Part shown: in pieces, positions 48,616 to 62,751 of the stretch
Position numbering within the stretch: position 1 is the first letter of the stretch
Layout: the number at the start of each line of letters is the position of its first letter
Translations under genes and position numbers: made by a program
From: Candidatus Nomurabacteria bacterium
GTDB lineage: Bacteria > Patescibacteriota > WWE3 > UBA101185 > UBA10185
Length of the DNA: 64,000 bases
Assembly: GCA_020631855.1 (NCBI GenBank)
Contig: JACKGU010000001.1
Coordinates: forward strand, 39,601 to 103,600
Reading direction: 5' to 3'
Notes under the pieces: generated by a model
What the model saw: only the letters and a program-made list of their open reading frames with translations
Database searches by the model: none
Told to the model about the DNA's origin: nothing

Positions 48616-49947
48616 ATGTTAAGTCTATCCAAAATTTACTCTAGCAACCCCGATCTAAGAAAAGCTCAAGTCAAAGGACTTCTTTTTTTATTAAACTCCG
48701 AAGACTCTATTTCTAATAATGAGCTGGTTCAACGAACCGGTCTTTCCAAAGAAGTTTTAAAAACATTTAAAGAATCAATTTCTTCAATATTAATAAAAAC
48801 AACTGCTGATGAGCTAGCATTGACGAAAGTCGGCAGGGAGGCTGTTGGGGAGATGAATCCGGAACCCTATTCTTGGACCTACTTAAGCTTTAGCTTTGAT
48901 GCTCTAATGTTGCAGGCGCTTGAAGCTATAAAAGCTATACGGGAAGGGCAGCAGCAATTTGTGGCAAAGAGAGAGTTTGACCAGTTTTTTTGTACTCCTG
49001 AAACTTCGATACTTAAGGCAAAAGCGATTCTAAATAAAGTCGGTGGGTCTGAAGGTGTTAGCATTGCTTTGATGGGGGATGATGATTTGGTTTCAATATC
49101 ATTGGGATTGTTGGACCGGGCTGTAGAAGAAATAATCGTTTTTGATGTAGATAAAGATGTTCTGTCTCTAATAAAGGAAAAGGCTGAGGAATTAAAAATT
49201 ACCTCCATAAAAACCGTTTTATACGACGCAAGAGATGATCTTCCAAAAGACATGGTCGCACGATTTGACGCAGTGCTGACTGATCCGCCGTATACAAGAC
49301 CAGGAGTAGCCGTGTTCCTAGATAAGTGCATTACATTATGCAAAAAAGCTACTACATATGCGGGGCCATATATATTTTTTTGTTATGGTAACGGCCTGCG
49401 CGACCCTTTAAAAGGGCTTAAAGTTCAAGATATTATTCTTAGCAGAAACTTGTTGATAGAGGAAAAAATATCAACATTTAACAGATATGACGGGGCGGAA
49501 ATAATTGGAAGCTCCAGCGATTTGTTTGTATTGAAGGTTTTAGAAACAACGGAAGTTCTGGAGGATTACACCGGTACAGAGATTTACACTTATGAGAATA
49601 CCGAGATAGAGGATTTCCCATACGTAGATCATTATGTTTTTAAGTTATATAAGGTTCCTTCGCACGTTGTTACCTCTAAAAAAACATTGCAGAAGAATAT
49701 AGGCGTTTTTTGTAAATGGCATGGCTTAAACGTTGTTGACACTAAACTAACGAGATTTAAGGGAGGGGGATTCAGCTTCACGTACATACTTTCAACTTCA
49801 AATCTTCTTGTCCATACGTGGCCTGAAAAAAGGGCCCTCCATATAGATCTCATAACCTGCTCTCCCATTAAGAAGAAGCACCTGCTCTTAAAGAATTTAT
49901 CTGATCTGTTTAGTACTATGTCCGTAGAAATCAGAAAAATTGAATAG
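48616..49947 (+). CDS. fusion of a BpsA/DUF43-like aminopropyltransferase-fold domain with an AdoMet decarboxylase (SpeH-like) domain
   Basis: LMGDDDLVSISLG and LTDPPYT (DUF43/BpsA-like); C-terminal FKGGGFSFTYILSTSNLLVHTWPE...IDLITCS matches the pyruvoyl AdoMetDC core; the start is moved to the ATG at 48616 because the upstream 19 codons are hydrophobic and unsupported. Confidence 0.45.
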   Translation: MLSLSKIYSSNPDLRKAQVKGLLFLLNSEDSISNNELVQRTGLSKEVLKTFKESISSILIKTTADELALTKVGREAVGEMNPEPYSWTYLSFSFDALMLQALEAIKAIREGQQQFVAKREFDQFFCTPETSILKAKAILNKVGGSEGVSIALMGDDDLVSISLGLLDRAVEEIIVFDVDKDVLSLIKEKAEELKITSIKTVLYDARDDLPKDMVARFDAVLTDPPYTRPGVAVFLDKCITLCKKATTYAGPYIFFCYGNGLRDPLKGLKVQDIILSRNLLIEEKISTFNRYDGAEIIGSSSDLFVLKVLETTEVLEDYTGTEIYTYENTEIEDFPYVDHYVFKLYKVPSHVVTSKKTLQKNIGVFCKWHGLNVVDTKLTRFKGGGFSFTYILSTSNLLVHTWPEKRALHIDLITCSPIKKKHLLLKNLSDLFSTMSVEIRKIE

Positions 49948-50202
49948 AGGTGTCTCAAGGAGCTCGAAAACAACCAGCATTACTATAGCTTTATTCACAG
50001 TAAAAAATACTCAAAAAAACAGCGCGAACTATTTGACTTTATAATGGTTAGTTGGTATGTTTGGTTCTGCACATATTGCTTTAGGGTAATTATGTGGTGG
50101 TTTAAGTAGACTCATGTTAGCATAAGCCACACAAATCCAACCCGCACTTTAAAAAACAAATAGTTAAAGTTCGATGAATTTAAGGTGAAAAGAATGATTT
50201 CT

Positions 50203-51678
<1,476 letters not shown>

Positions 51679-51983
51679 TAAAGGAAACAAAACGTGACGA
51701 TAGAAAGCGTAAACTTGTCAAAGATACATGAATTTGTGTTTGCGAAAGTCCGCTGTAATATCGCACCTTCTACATCTGATTAGTTCTAGGATGTAGACAG
51801 TAAAAGTTTGCACGTACCTCGCAGCAAACGAGAACAGGTTTGAAGATGAGCCTAAATCTTCGAGTGAATCATTCTTTTTACCTTATAGATATCGAACTTT
51901 AAAGACCATACTACTTTTATTTACAGAGATAGCGGTGCGAACCTTTTTGTAAAAGCATCGAAAGAAGCGATTTAAAGGAACAT

Positions 51984-52107
51984 GCTTTTATAATCTCGTT
52001 ACTTAAAACTACTTGTGTAATCTGGTAAATGTAATTTACCCAACATTTTGGGATTTGCAGTGCAAAGAAATTAAAGTAAACCACCTGCGTAAGCTGGCGG
52101 TGGTTGA
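51984..52107 (+). repeat. dispersed intergenic repeat, copy E (inside the 16S-23S spacer)
   Basis: Aligns to copy A. Confidence 0.85.
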
Positions 52108-52271
52108 TAATTAACAAAGTTTTTTTATGGTGTATACTTGAAGCATGCAAGGTGGTTTTAGAGAAGGTGGTCGGAACCTAATAACAGACAAAGCTGTTGA
52201 AGAAGCTAGTGTTATTGTCGGTTCTCTAGAGATGAAATTAAGCAATCTTCACGTAAAGGCTGAAGTTGAAG

Positions 52272-52733
52272 ATGGGGGGGGATATTAATGCCCATGCAGC
52301 CGTTCTCGACCAACTTGGCCAATCGGCGGTAGCGGAAAATCCAACAGCCTTGGAAGAAGCTGCAGAAGGTGAGGCAGCAGGTCTTGTAGGTCAAGCGCTT
52401 GATGGTATCGGTGTACATGAAATTATTGTTAATCTCGAAGAAATAGCCGTCCCAACAACCCCTGACACGTATATGTCAGATGCTGTTAGAGAGCAAAGAA
52501 TGAATGCGGCGGCGGGCCTAGTCGTTTCTGCTCTGACTGAACAAGGCTGGCTTGTACACCCTAATAACCCCTTGGGCGTGTCTCAGTCCGGTCTTCGAGC
52601 AAATGAAGCTTTATCAGCTGAGCTGGGTCTTCGGCCAAGGGCTCCGGATGCGGCTCCTGATTCCCTAAAAAGATTTGTGGTCTTTTTCAAGGTAAGCCTA
52701 ATTTATGCGGAGCCAGATGCTCCTAGTGCTTGA
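52272..52733 (+). CDS. GC-rich ORF of uncertain coding status (Ala/Gly/Glu-rich, 153 aa) inside the rRNA spacer
   Basis: ORF track; GC content around 55-57% against a genome near 38-40%; no homology recognised; a G8 run at 52274-52281. Confidence 0.2.
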   Translation: MGGDINAHAAVLDQLGQSAVAENPTALEEAAEGEAAGLVGQALDGIGVHEIIVNLEEIAVPTTPDTYMSDAVREQRMNAAAGLVVSALTEQGWLVHPNNPLGVSQSGLRANEALSAELGLRPRAPDAAPDSLKRFVVFFKVSLIYAEPDAPSA

Positions 52734-52814
52734 TTATCTTAATTGAATACCACAAAGTCTTTCTTGTTTACTTATGGCTGCATACTTTGTAATGTTTTTC
52801 GTAGGCAAAGCTAT

Positions 52815-53705
52815 TTAGTTTTTTGTTTTGAAAAAATACTCCCTCATTTTTATTGTTTTTCTAAGACCTTCGTCAAGAGTTGTTAGTGGTGACCATCCTA
52901 GATTTTTTGAAGCTTTTTCATACCTAACGCTCAGAAAGCATTCCTGTTTCGGTCTATCATTTGAAGTTGGCTTTTGCTTTTGAAGCCGCTGTCCGGGTTT
53001 TTTATTGTCGATTTTCATTAGCTTCGATATAGTTTCTTGTAACTGCCCGTTGTTTAATTGCAGGCCTGCCCCGATGTTAAAAATTCCTTCGCAGTCTTTT
53101 TCTATAGCTTTTACGTATGCGTCAATGTGATCATCGATAAAAATAAAATCTCTCACATCTAGAGGCTGTTTAATTTTAGGATCATTTTTATTTAGTAATG
53201 AGTCGATGATGTATTCTATTAGGTAAAATCCGGCCCCTTCTCGTCCATAGGTATTGGCAGTTCTCATTATAACCATTTTGACGTCAGGCATCGCTTGTGC
53301 AAAATATTCAATTACTCTTTCTGCGTTTTGTTTGCTTAGCCCATATGGTGATGATGCTGGTCCTAGCTCTAGTGTTTCTGAAAAAGGTTCATTTGAGTTC
53401 TGATAGCCGTATACCTCCATCGAGCCCGCAAAAACGAGCTTTGCTGTATTTATGTCTTGAGAGCCCTTTAGGTTTTTTATTGCTGATAGGAGTTTGAATG
53501 TTCCTATCTCATTAGTTTGTAAGTATTCCTCAGGAAAATTGAACGAAAGCCCTCCTGACGATAGCGCTGCTAAATGAACTATAACTTCTGGATTCGCTTC
53601 TTTTATGGCGTTTTCCATGGATCTTTGATTATTGAGATCTGCGACAAAAAGCTTTGCCTGGGCCGGGACTTTAAGGAGGTCAATATTGCTATTGATCCTA
53701 TGCAT
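52815..53705 (-). CDS. NAD-dependent epimerase/dehydratase (extended SDR) with an interrupted N-terminus
   Basis: YxxxK-type SDR core. In frame and directly upstream (53706-53798) lies KKIFITGITGFIGKRLAQRLIEQGYEVSG, the Rossmann motif, but with no start codon. An ATG at 53795-53797 is out of frame by one, next to an A7 homopolymer. Confidence 0.65.
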   Translation of the reverse strand: MHRINSNIDLLKVPAQAKLFVADLNNQRSMENAIKEANPEVIVHLAALSSGGLSFNFPEEYLQTNEIGTFKLLSAIKNLKGSQDINTAKLVFAGSMEVYGYQNSNEPFSETLELGPASSPYGLSKQNAERVIEYFAQAMPDVKMVIMRTANTYGREGAGFYLIEYIIDSLLNKNDPKIKQPLDVRDFIFIDDHIDAYVKAIEKDCEGIFNIGAGLQLNNGQLQETISKLMKIDNKKPGQRLQKQKPTSNDRPKQECFLSVRYEKASKNLGWSPLTTLDEGLRKTIKMREYFFKTKN

Positions 53706-53818
53706 GCCGCTTACTTCATACCCTTGTTCTATTAATCTTTGTGCTAATCTTTTACCTATGAAGCCGGTAATGCCGGTTATAAAAATCTTTTTTTCATATT
53801 TTGCTGATGTTTAACGGA

Positions 53819-53895
53819 TGGTGGGTCTGGATGGACTCGAACCATCGACCTTTCCCTTATCAGAGGAACGCTCTAACCGCCTGAGCTACAGACCC
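53819..53895 (-). tRNA. tRNA-Ile (GAT), CCA encoded, on the strand opposite the rRNA genes
   Basis: Reverse complement GGGTCTGTAGCTCAGGCGGTTAGAGCGTTCCTCTGATAAGGGAAAGGTCGATGGTTCGAGTCCATCCAGACCCACCA; anticodon loop CTGATAA. Confidence 0.85.
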
Positions 53896-53978
53896 CCAAA
53901 CCTTTCATGATTTGAAAGTATTGGCCTATCATAGCAAGGTTTAAAATATTTTTCAAACTTGAGGTTTTTAATTTTTTT

Positions 53979-54034
53979 CCTTTGCAACGTAAAGAAATTA
54001 CAGCAAACCGCCTGCGTAGGCTGGTGGCGGTTCA
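53979..54034 (+). repeat. dispersed intergenic repeat, copy F (3' half only)
   Basis: Aligns to the 3' two hairpins of copy A; the CCGCC/GGCGG stem shows compensatory change relative to CCACC/GGTGG in other copies. Confidence 0.75.
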
Positions 54035-54241
54035 TAGTTGACACGCCTCAGCCAACGTGTTAACTTACTCTCACCAAATACTCCAACTTCTACCTTAGGG
54101 TTTAAAGTTTGGTAGGTTACAGTTTTTGTAATCTCCGACGGAAGCTCTGATTCCAAATAATATTAATAGTTTATGTGTATGGATCTGAAACGGGTTCATA
54201 TGATAATATGTTTTTGCTTTCGCACAAACGTGTTTGCGTAT

Positions 54242-54317
54242 GGGCCTGTAGCTTAGTTGGCAGAGCGCTACATTTGCAATGTAGAGGTCACGGGTTCGAC
54301 TCCCGTCAGGTCCACCA
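54242..54317 (+). tRNA. tRNA-Ala (TGC), CCA encoded
   Basis: GGGCCTGTAGCTTAGTTGGCAGAGCGCTACATTTGCAATGTAGAGGTCACGGGTTCGACTCCCGTCAGGTCCACCA; G3:U70 identity pair present. Confidence 0.9.
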
Positions 54318-54484
54318 AACTATATAGATAATCTTTATCTAGGTACTTTGAAAACTGAACGAAAAACAATGTTAGTTCAACATGAGAATCAAGTACTTTG
54401 TTGTCGCAAGACAGCAGGGTAGTTTAATTCTTGAAGTTCCGTGTTTACACGGAACACAACGTCTTAGTATTAGAAATATAAAAA

Positions 54485-57505
<3,021 letters not shown>

Positions 57506-57605
57506 TATATTTCTTATAAGATGTTGCGTTGTCTACATTTGTTTTTTGTTCAGTTTTTAGAGTACCTACTGTTAGGTAGGTATTCTAAATTTAGTTTGTG
57601 GTCAG

Positions 57606-57721
<116 letters not shown>

Positions 57722-57815
57722 GCCCGCAAACTTTTATCCTTCTGGATAAATTTCACGTTTTTATGCGTTTTAGTGAGCTAAAGTATTAAGTTAAAATGCA
57801 AACCCATTTATTTTT

Positions 57816-58925
57816 ATGCCACAAGCAAGAAAAATTTCAAACCCAAGCCCTGTAATGGACTCATTACTTGGAAAAGCTGGAGCAAATTTAAAACAATACG
57901 CTTACGGAGAGTTAGTTGAAGGCGTTGTTGTAAGTGTAACTCACAGCGAAGTATTATTAGACCTTGGAGCAAAATCCGAAGGTATTATTACAGGAGAAGA
58001 ATTACAAGACTCTGATAGATCCTACAAAAGCCTTAAAGTAGGGGATACCGTTTTGGCCATGGTTGTTCAGGCTGAAAACGATCAAGGTTACATTGTGCTC
58101 TCGTTAAAAAGAGCAGAAAAAGATAAAAAATGGAAAACAATTGAAGACGCTTTTGATACCGAATCTGTACTTGAGGTACAGGTTCTGGAGTATACAAAAG
58201 GCGGATTGCTTGTTGACTGTTTAGGCTTAAGAGGTTTCGTGCCTCTATCTCATCTTGATCGCGTGCATTTTGCAAACGACCTTGCTAAAACAGCAGGCGG
58301 GAGCGAGACTGAGCTCAAAGAATCACTAAAAGTTTTAGCTGGAAAAACATTAAAGGCTAAAGTTATTGAGCAGGACAGATTAAAAAATAGGCTCGTATTA
58401 TCTGAAAAAGACGCAACCGCAGCTTACAGCGACGAGGCCAAAAAAGAACGGCTCGACAACATTAAAGAGGGTGATGAGCTGGATGGTATCGTTACCGGAG
58501 TTATGCCTTTTGGCTTATTTGTAGACCTAGAAGGCGTAGAGGGCCTGGTTCATATAAGCGAAATTGCCTGGGAAAAAGTTAGCAGCCCGGCCATGTATTA
58601 TAAAGTAGGTTCTCCGATTCATGTAAAAGTGTTAGGTATAGATGAAGAATCTCAAAAATTAGCTCTAAGCGTTAAGAGATTAATTAAAAACCCATGGGAT
58701 GGTGTAGAAGACAGATATCCTATTGGATCAAGGATAACAGGCGTAGTTAGCAAAATAGTACCCTTTGGTGCTTTCGTCACTTTAGAGAAAGGTTTGGATG
58801 GTTTAATTCATGTTTCCGAGGCCGCTGGGCCACTAAATGTGGGCGATGAGGTAGAGGCAGTAATTACAAATGTTGATGGTGAAAAGCAAAAGCTTGCATT
58901 AAGCACCAGGCTCATCTCTAATTAG
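57816..58925 (+). CDS. rpsA: 30S ribosomal protein S1 (short, 4 S1-domain form)
   Basis: Repeated S1 OB-fold motifs (GxVxG...G.F) four times; 369 aa. Confidence 0.75.
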   Translation: MPQARKISNPSPVMDSLLGKAGANLKQYAYGELVEGVVVSVTHSEVLLDLGAKSEGIITGEELQDSDRSYKSLKVGDTVLAMVVQAENDQGYIVLSLKRAEKDKKWKTIEDAFDTESVLEVQVLEYTKGGLLVDCLGLRGFVPLSHLDRVHFANDLAKTAGGSETELKESLKVLAGKTLKAKVIEQDRLKNRLVLSEKDATAAYSDEAKKERLDNIKEGDELDGIVTGVMPFGLFVDLEGVEGLVHISEIAWEKVSSPAMYYKVGSPIHVKVLGIDEESQKLALSVKRLIKNPWDGVEDRYPIGSRITGVVSKIVPFGAFVTLEKGLDGLIHVSEAAGPLNVGDEVEAVITNVDGEKQKLALSTRLISN

Positions 58926-58930
58926 TAACT

Positions 58931-61255
58931 ATGTCATTAGATAGGCTAACAAACAGAGCAAAAGCTTTGATTACAGAATTGTCTGAAGGCGGGGACTACG
59001 TCCCCGCCTTAGAAATATACAAAGCAATCTACAGCTCATCTGGCTTGGGTGGTATCATTGCCCGCCAGTTTCCAAAAATTAAAATCGATAAAGATTTATC
59101 AATTAACCTAAACTCTCTACTCAAAGAAGCTTACTACCAGGCCTCAAAAATGGAGCATTTGTATGTAGGTACTGAGCACTTACTTCTAGCATTATTAAAG
59201 ATAGCCAAACATAAAGATTTCAAAACAGTTGCAAATCATCTTCAGAGCTCAAATATTTTTCCTAAAGCCATGAAAATGCTTTCCGATAAAAAGGAGAATG
59301 TCATTCTTAATTCCTTTGGGTCTAACTTAAACAGAACCGCCGTGAAAAAATCTTCCAAACAGGTGGTTAGAAAAGCTGAGCTCGATAAACTTATTGCCAT
59401 TTTACTCAAAAAGAGCAATGCAAACCCCTTAATTGTCGGAGAGTATGGGGTGGGGAAGCAGTCTCTTGTCGACTCTTTGGTCGAGAGTATCAACTCTCTT
59501 GAAGTACCGACATTTTTAGCGGGCTATCAAATATATGAATTTGATCTTATGGCTTTTGCTTCAAGCATATTAAATAAGGGAGGTCTTGAGCTAAGCCTCT
59601 CTGCGTTACAAGAAGAACTTAAAGGTTTAAATAGGGCTATTATTTATATAAAAAATTTCCAAAATCTCTTTATTTCAACAAGCTCAGGCATGGGCGTGCC
59701 TTTAATTTACCCTATGTTTAAAGACCTGTTGCAAAATTCAGGCATCAATTTTATTGCAACTTTGCACTCCTCGTTGTACGAAAAACTAGCCGTAGACAAC
59801 TCCTTTATTTTAGATAGTTTTACCGTTTTGGATGTTAATGAGCCGTCAGAGGAAGAAACAATTCAAATATTAACCCATGAAGCCAGAATGCTGGAAACTT
59901 TTCACGGTGTAAGGATATCCTCAGAAGTCATAAAATATATTTATGACAGTGCAAAAAGCCTGCAGATGGACACCTTCTTCCCGCAAAAAGGCGTTGATCT
60001 TTTAGACGCGTCGTGCGCGTATGTTTTGGTTTCCGAAAACAGAGTCCCAAAAGATTACAAAGATCTTGTAGATCAGACCGTTATTTTATATGGGAAAATG
60101 GATAAAGCTGTTAGTGCCGGTACCTATGAGCAGGCTCTCAAAATTCAGACCAAGCTGGACTCTCTTGAAAAAAGACTTTTAAAATATGAAAAATCAATGA
60201 TTTCTTCGCAAGAGGTCGAGGTAACAAATGTTGCAGTTGACGAGACTCTGCGATCACTGAATTTAAAGAAAAAAGAACACGAGTTATTAGATAAAGATAA
60301 ATTATCAAACCTTTATGAGCAAGTGAGAAAAGAAATTATTGGTCAGGATCAGGCGGTCGAAAGCGTAGTTAAGGCCCTAATAAGATCGGGTTTAGGTCTT
60401 AGGCCCGGAAACAGGCCGATTGGAAACTTCTTTTTTCTTGGTCCGACCGGTGTAGGTAAAACAGAACTCGCAAAAGTTTTGGCGAGGGAAGCTTTCGAAG
60501 ATGACGGTAAGAGCCACCTGATAAGGTTGGATATGAGTGATTTTAGCGAAAAGCACACGGTAGCAAGGCTGGTTGGAGCACCCCCGGGGTACGTAGGATA
60601 CAGTGACGGTGGAGAGCTTACATCAAAAATAGAATCCCAGCCCGACAGCGTTGTTTTGTTTGATGAGATTGAAAAGGCCCACCCTGATGTTTTAAATATT
60701 CTGCTACAGATCATGGAGGAGGGGGAGTTGGTTGATGCAAAAGGAAACACTTTTGAGTTTGATAAGGCCGTAATAATTTTAACAAGCAATCTTGGCACAG
60801 AGATACTTCATGGTCGTGAAATAGGCTTTAAAGATTCAGGAAGTACAGCAAGCGACAGTGATGTTGAAAAAAACTTAAAACAAAACCTCAAAAAAATACT
60901 AAAGCCCGAGTTAATTAACAGGTTTGATGAGATCGTGGTTTTTAAACGACTGAGTAAAGATGATCAAATGAAGATACTTAATTTGCTACTTACTAAGGTT
61001 AATGAGCAGGTAAGGGAGCAAGATGTTACTTTGCATGTTTATCGCTCTGCAAAGAAGCATTTGCTTGAGCTAGGATACTCTCAAGAATATGGGGCACGTT
61101 CCCTAAGACGTGTTGTAGAAAAAGAATTACTTGATAGAGTAGCGGAGATATTACTTGCCACTAAAAAAAGGCCGATCAAAATATCTATCCGCGCTCATAA
61201 AGGAAAGTTAACCGCTACCTCGACTTTTCAGAGAAAAAGCACCCGTAAAAATTAG
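58931..61255 (+). CDS. clpC: ClpC-like AAA+ chaperone ATPase with a degenerate first nucleotide-binding domain
   Basis: Clp N-domain (HLYVGTEHLLLALL); D1 Walker A reads GEYGVGKQS with Q in place of T/S; D2 is intact (GPTGVGKTELAK, sensor VLFDEIEKAHPDV); synteny with radA and the yacL-like gene. Confidence 0.7.
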   Translation: MSLDRLTNRAKALITELSEGGDYVPALEIYKAIYSSSGLGGIIARQFPKIKIDKDLSINLNSLLKEAYYQASKMEHLYVGTEHLLLALLKIAKHKDFKTVANHLQSSNIFPKAMKMLSDKKENVILNSFGSNLNRTAVKKSSKQVVRKAELDKLIAILLKKSNANPLIVGEYGVGKQSLVDSLVESINSLEVPTFLAGYQIYEFDLMAFASSILNKGGLELSLSALQEELKGLNRAIIYIKNFQNLFISTSSGMGVPLIYPMFKDLLQNSGINFIATLHSSLYEKLAVDNSFILDSFTVLDVNEPSEEETIQILTHEARMLETFHGVRISSEVIKYIYDSAKSLQMDTFFPQKGVDLLDASCAYVLVSENRVPKDYKDLVDQTVILYGKMDKAVSAGTYEQALKIQTKLDSLEKRLLKYEKSMISSQEVEVTNVAVDETLRSLNLKKKEHELLDKDKLSNLYEQVRKEIIGQDQAVESVVKALIRSGLGLRPGNRPIGNFFFLGPTGVGKTELAKVLAREAFEDDGKSHLIRLDMSDFSEKHTVARLVGAPPGYVGYSDGGELTSKIESQPDSVVLFDEIEKAHPDVLNILLQIMEEGELVDAKGNTFEFDKAVIILTSNLGTEILHGREIGFKDSGSTASDSDVEKNLKQNLKKILKPELINRFDEIVVFKRLSKDDQMKILNLLLTKVNEQVREQDVTLHVYRSAKKHLLELGYSQEYGARSLRRVVEKELLDRVAEILLATKKRPIKISIRAHKGKLTATSTFQRKSTRKN

Positions 61256-61413
61256 CAGCTAGCTGGGGTTTTTTTTCGTCATTACAGTCCAAAATTATTT
61301 TTTTGCTCCATTATCTGATCTATAACGGTATTGTAGCCTTCGTCTGGAGCACGATAACTTATTTAACTAGACGCTTTTACTTAATAGTTTTCTTAGTATA
61401 GTACAATTAATTT

Positions 61414-62751
61414 ATGGCAAAACAGAAATCAGTTTACATCTGTCAAAGCTGTTCATATCAGAGTCCAAAATGGATGGGACAATGCACCGAGTGTGGTGAA
61501 TGGAATACCTTTGAAGAAAGTCTTGTTGCACAAAACAATCCTCGCGGTTCGAAAATGAACTCAGGTGGGGTTGTTAAGCCTTTCTACCTTTCTCAAGTAA
61601 AGGCCTCTCAACTAAACAGATACAAGATAGGAATATTAGAATTTGATAGGGTTTTAGGTGGGGGTTTTGTTCCAGGCCAGGTGATTTTATTAGCCGGAGA
61701 GCCCGGTATTGGTAAAAGCACTCTGCTCACACAGCTGGCTAAAACACTCCAACAGGACAAGTCGGAGGTTATTTATGTGTGTGGGGAGGAAAGCCCCTCT
61801 CAGGTCAAAATAAGAGCCGAGAGAATGGACTATTCGGCCGATAACTTATTAGTGATGACCGAAACCAACACTGATACGATAGTTGAGTCAGTTCGTGGCG
61901 CGTGCCTTGGTAACAAATCTGTAAAGCTGATCATAGTCGACTCTATACAAACTCTTTCTAGCTCCCAGTTGATGGGGGTTTCGGGGTCTGTGGGGCAGGT
62001 TAGGTTATCCGCCGGCATGCTGTCCTCTTTGTCTAAGGAGCTTGGTATTCCGTTAATTATTGTAGGCCATGTTACAAAAGAAGGTACGGTTGCAGGCCCT
62101 AAGGTTCTGGAGCACATGGTTGACACCGTGTTGTATCTCGAAGGCGATAACCAGCATATGTTTAGAGTATTAAAGACTACAAAAAACAGGTTCGGCCCTG
62201 TTTCTGAGGTCGGTTTATTTGAGATGCGTGAGGGCGGTCTTATGGAAGTATTAAATCCCTCTGAGCTTTTTTTGAGTAACGTGGGGAATAGCATACCGGG
62301 CTCTTGTGTAACCGTAGTAATGGAGGGCTACCGCCCCTTGCTTTTTGAGGTGCAGGCGTTAACTTCTAAAACGTCTTTCGGCTATCCTAGAAGAACTTCA
62401 AGTGGTTATAGCAATAATAGGTTGCAAGTGTTAATCGCAGTGTTGGAGAATAGATGCGGGATAAATCTTTCTAATCACGATGTATACGTAAATGTTGTGG
62501 GCGGGTTGAAAATTGACGATTACGGAGCTGATTTAGCAGTGTGTTTGGCTATTGTGTCTGCAGTAAAAGGCCTTGCTTTATCTAAATCTACGGCCGCTTT
62601 TGGCGAGATCGGGCTGCTTGGTGAAATAAGAGCAGTATCTAACGAAGGGAAAAGACTTTCGGAAGCAAAAAAGCTGGGCTATACTAATGCACTGTCTTCG
62701 AGTTCCGAGAAACAGCTGAAAGTTTTAATTTCGAAACAGTTTAAAAAATGA
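61414..62751 (+). CDS. radA: DNA repair protein RadA/Sms
   Basis: N-terminal zinc finger CQSCSYQSPKWMGQCTECGEW, Walker A AGEPGIGKSTLL, and a Lon-like C-terminal domain. Confidence 0.9.
   Translation: MAKQKSVYICQSCSYQSPKWMGQCTECGEWNTFEESLVAQNNPRGSKMNSGGVVKPFYLSQVKASQLNRYKIGILEFDRVLGGGFVPGQVILLAGEPGIGKSTLLTQLAKTLQQDKSEVIYVCGEESPSQVKIRAERMDYSADNLLVMTETNTDTIVESVRGACLGNKSVKLIIVDSIQTLSSSQLMGVSGSVGQVRLSAGMLSSLSKELGIPLIIVGHVTKEGTVAGPKVLEHMVDTVLYLEGDNQHMFRVLKTTKNRFGPVSEVGLFEMREGGLMEVLNPSELFLSNVGNSIPGSCVTVVMEGYRPLLFEVQALTSKTSFGYPRRTSSGYSNNRLQVLIAVLENRCGINLSNHDVYVNVVGGLKIDDYGADLAVCLAIVSAVKGLALSKSTAAFGEIGLLGEIRAVSNEGKRLSEAKKLGYTNALSSSSEKQLKVLISKQFKK

Noticed and set aside
61258-61290. The palindrome CAGCTAGCTG plus a T8 run after the clpC-like gene, as a terminator
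   Set aside because: The stem is very short and leaves almost no loop. It is plausible but too weak to call.
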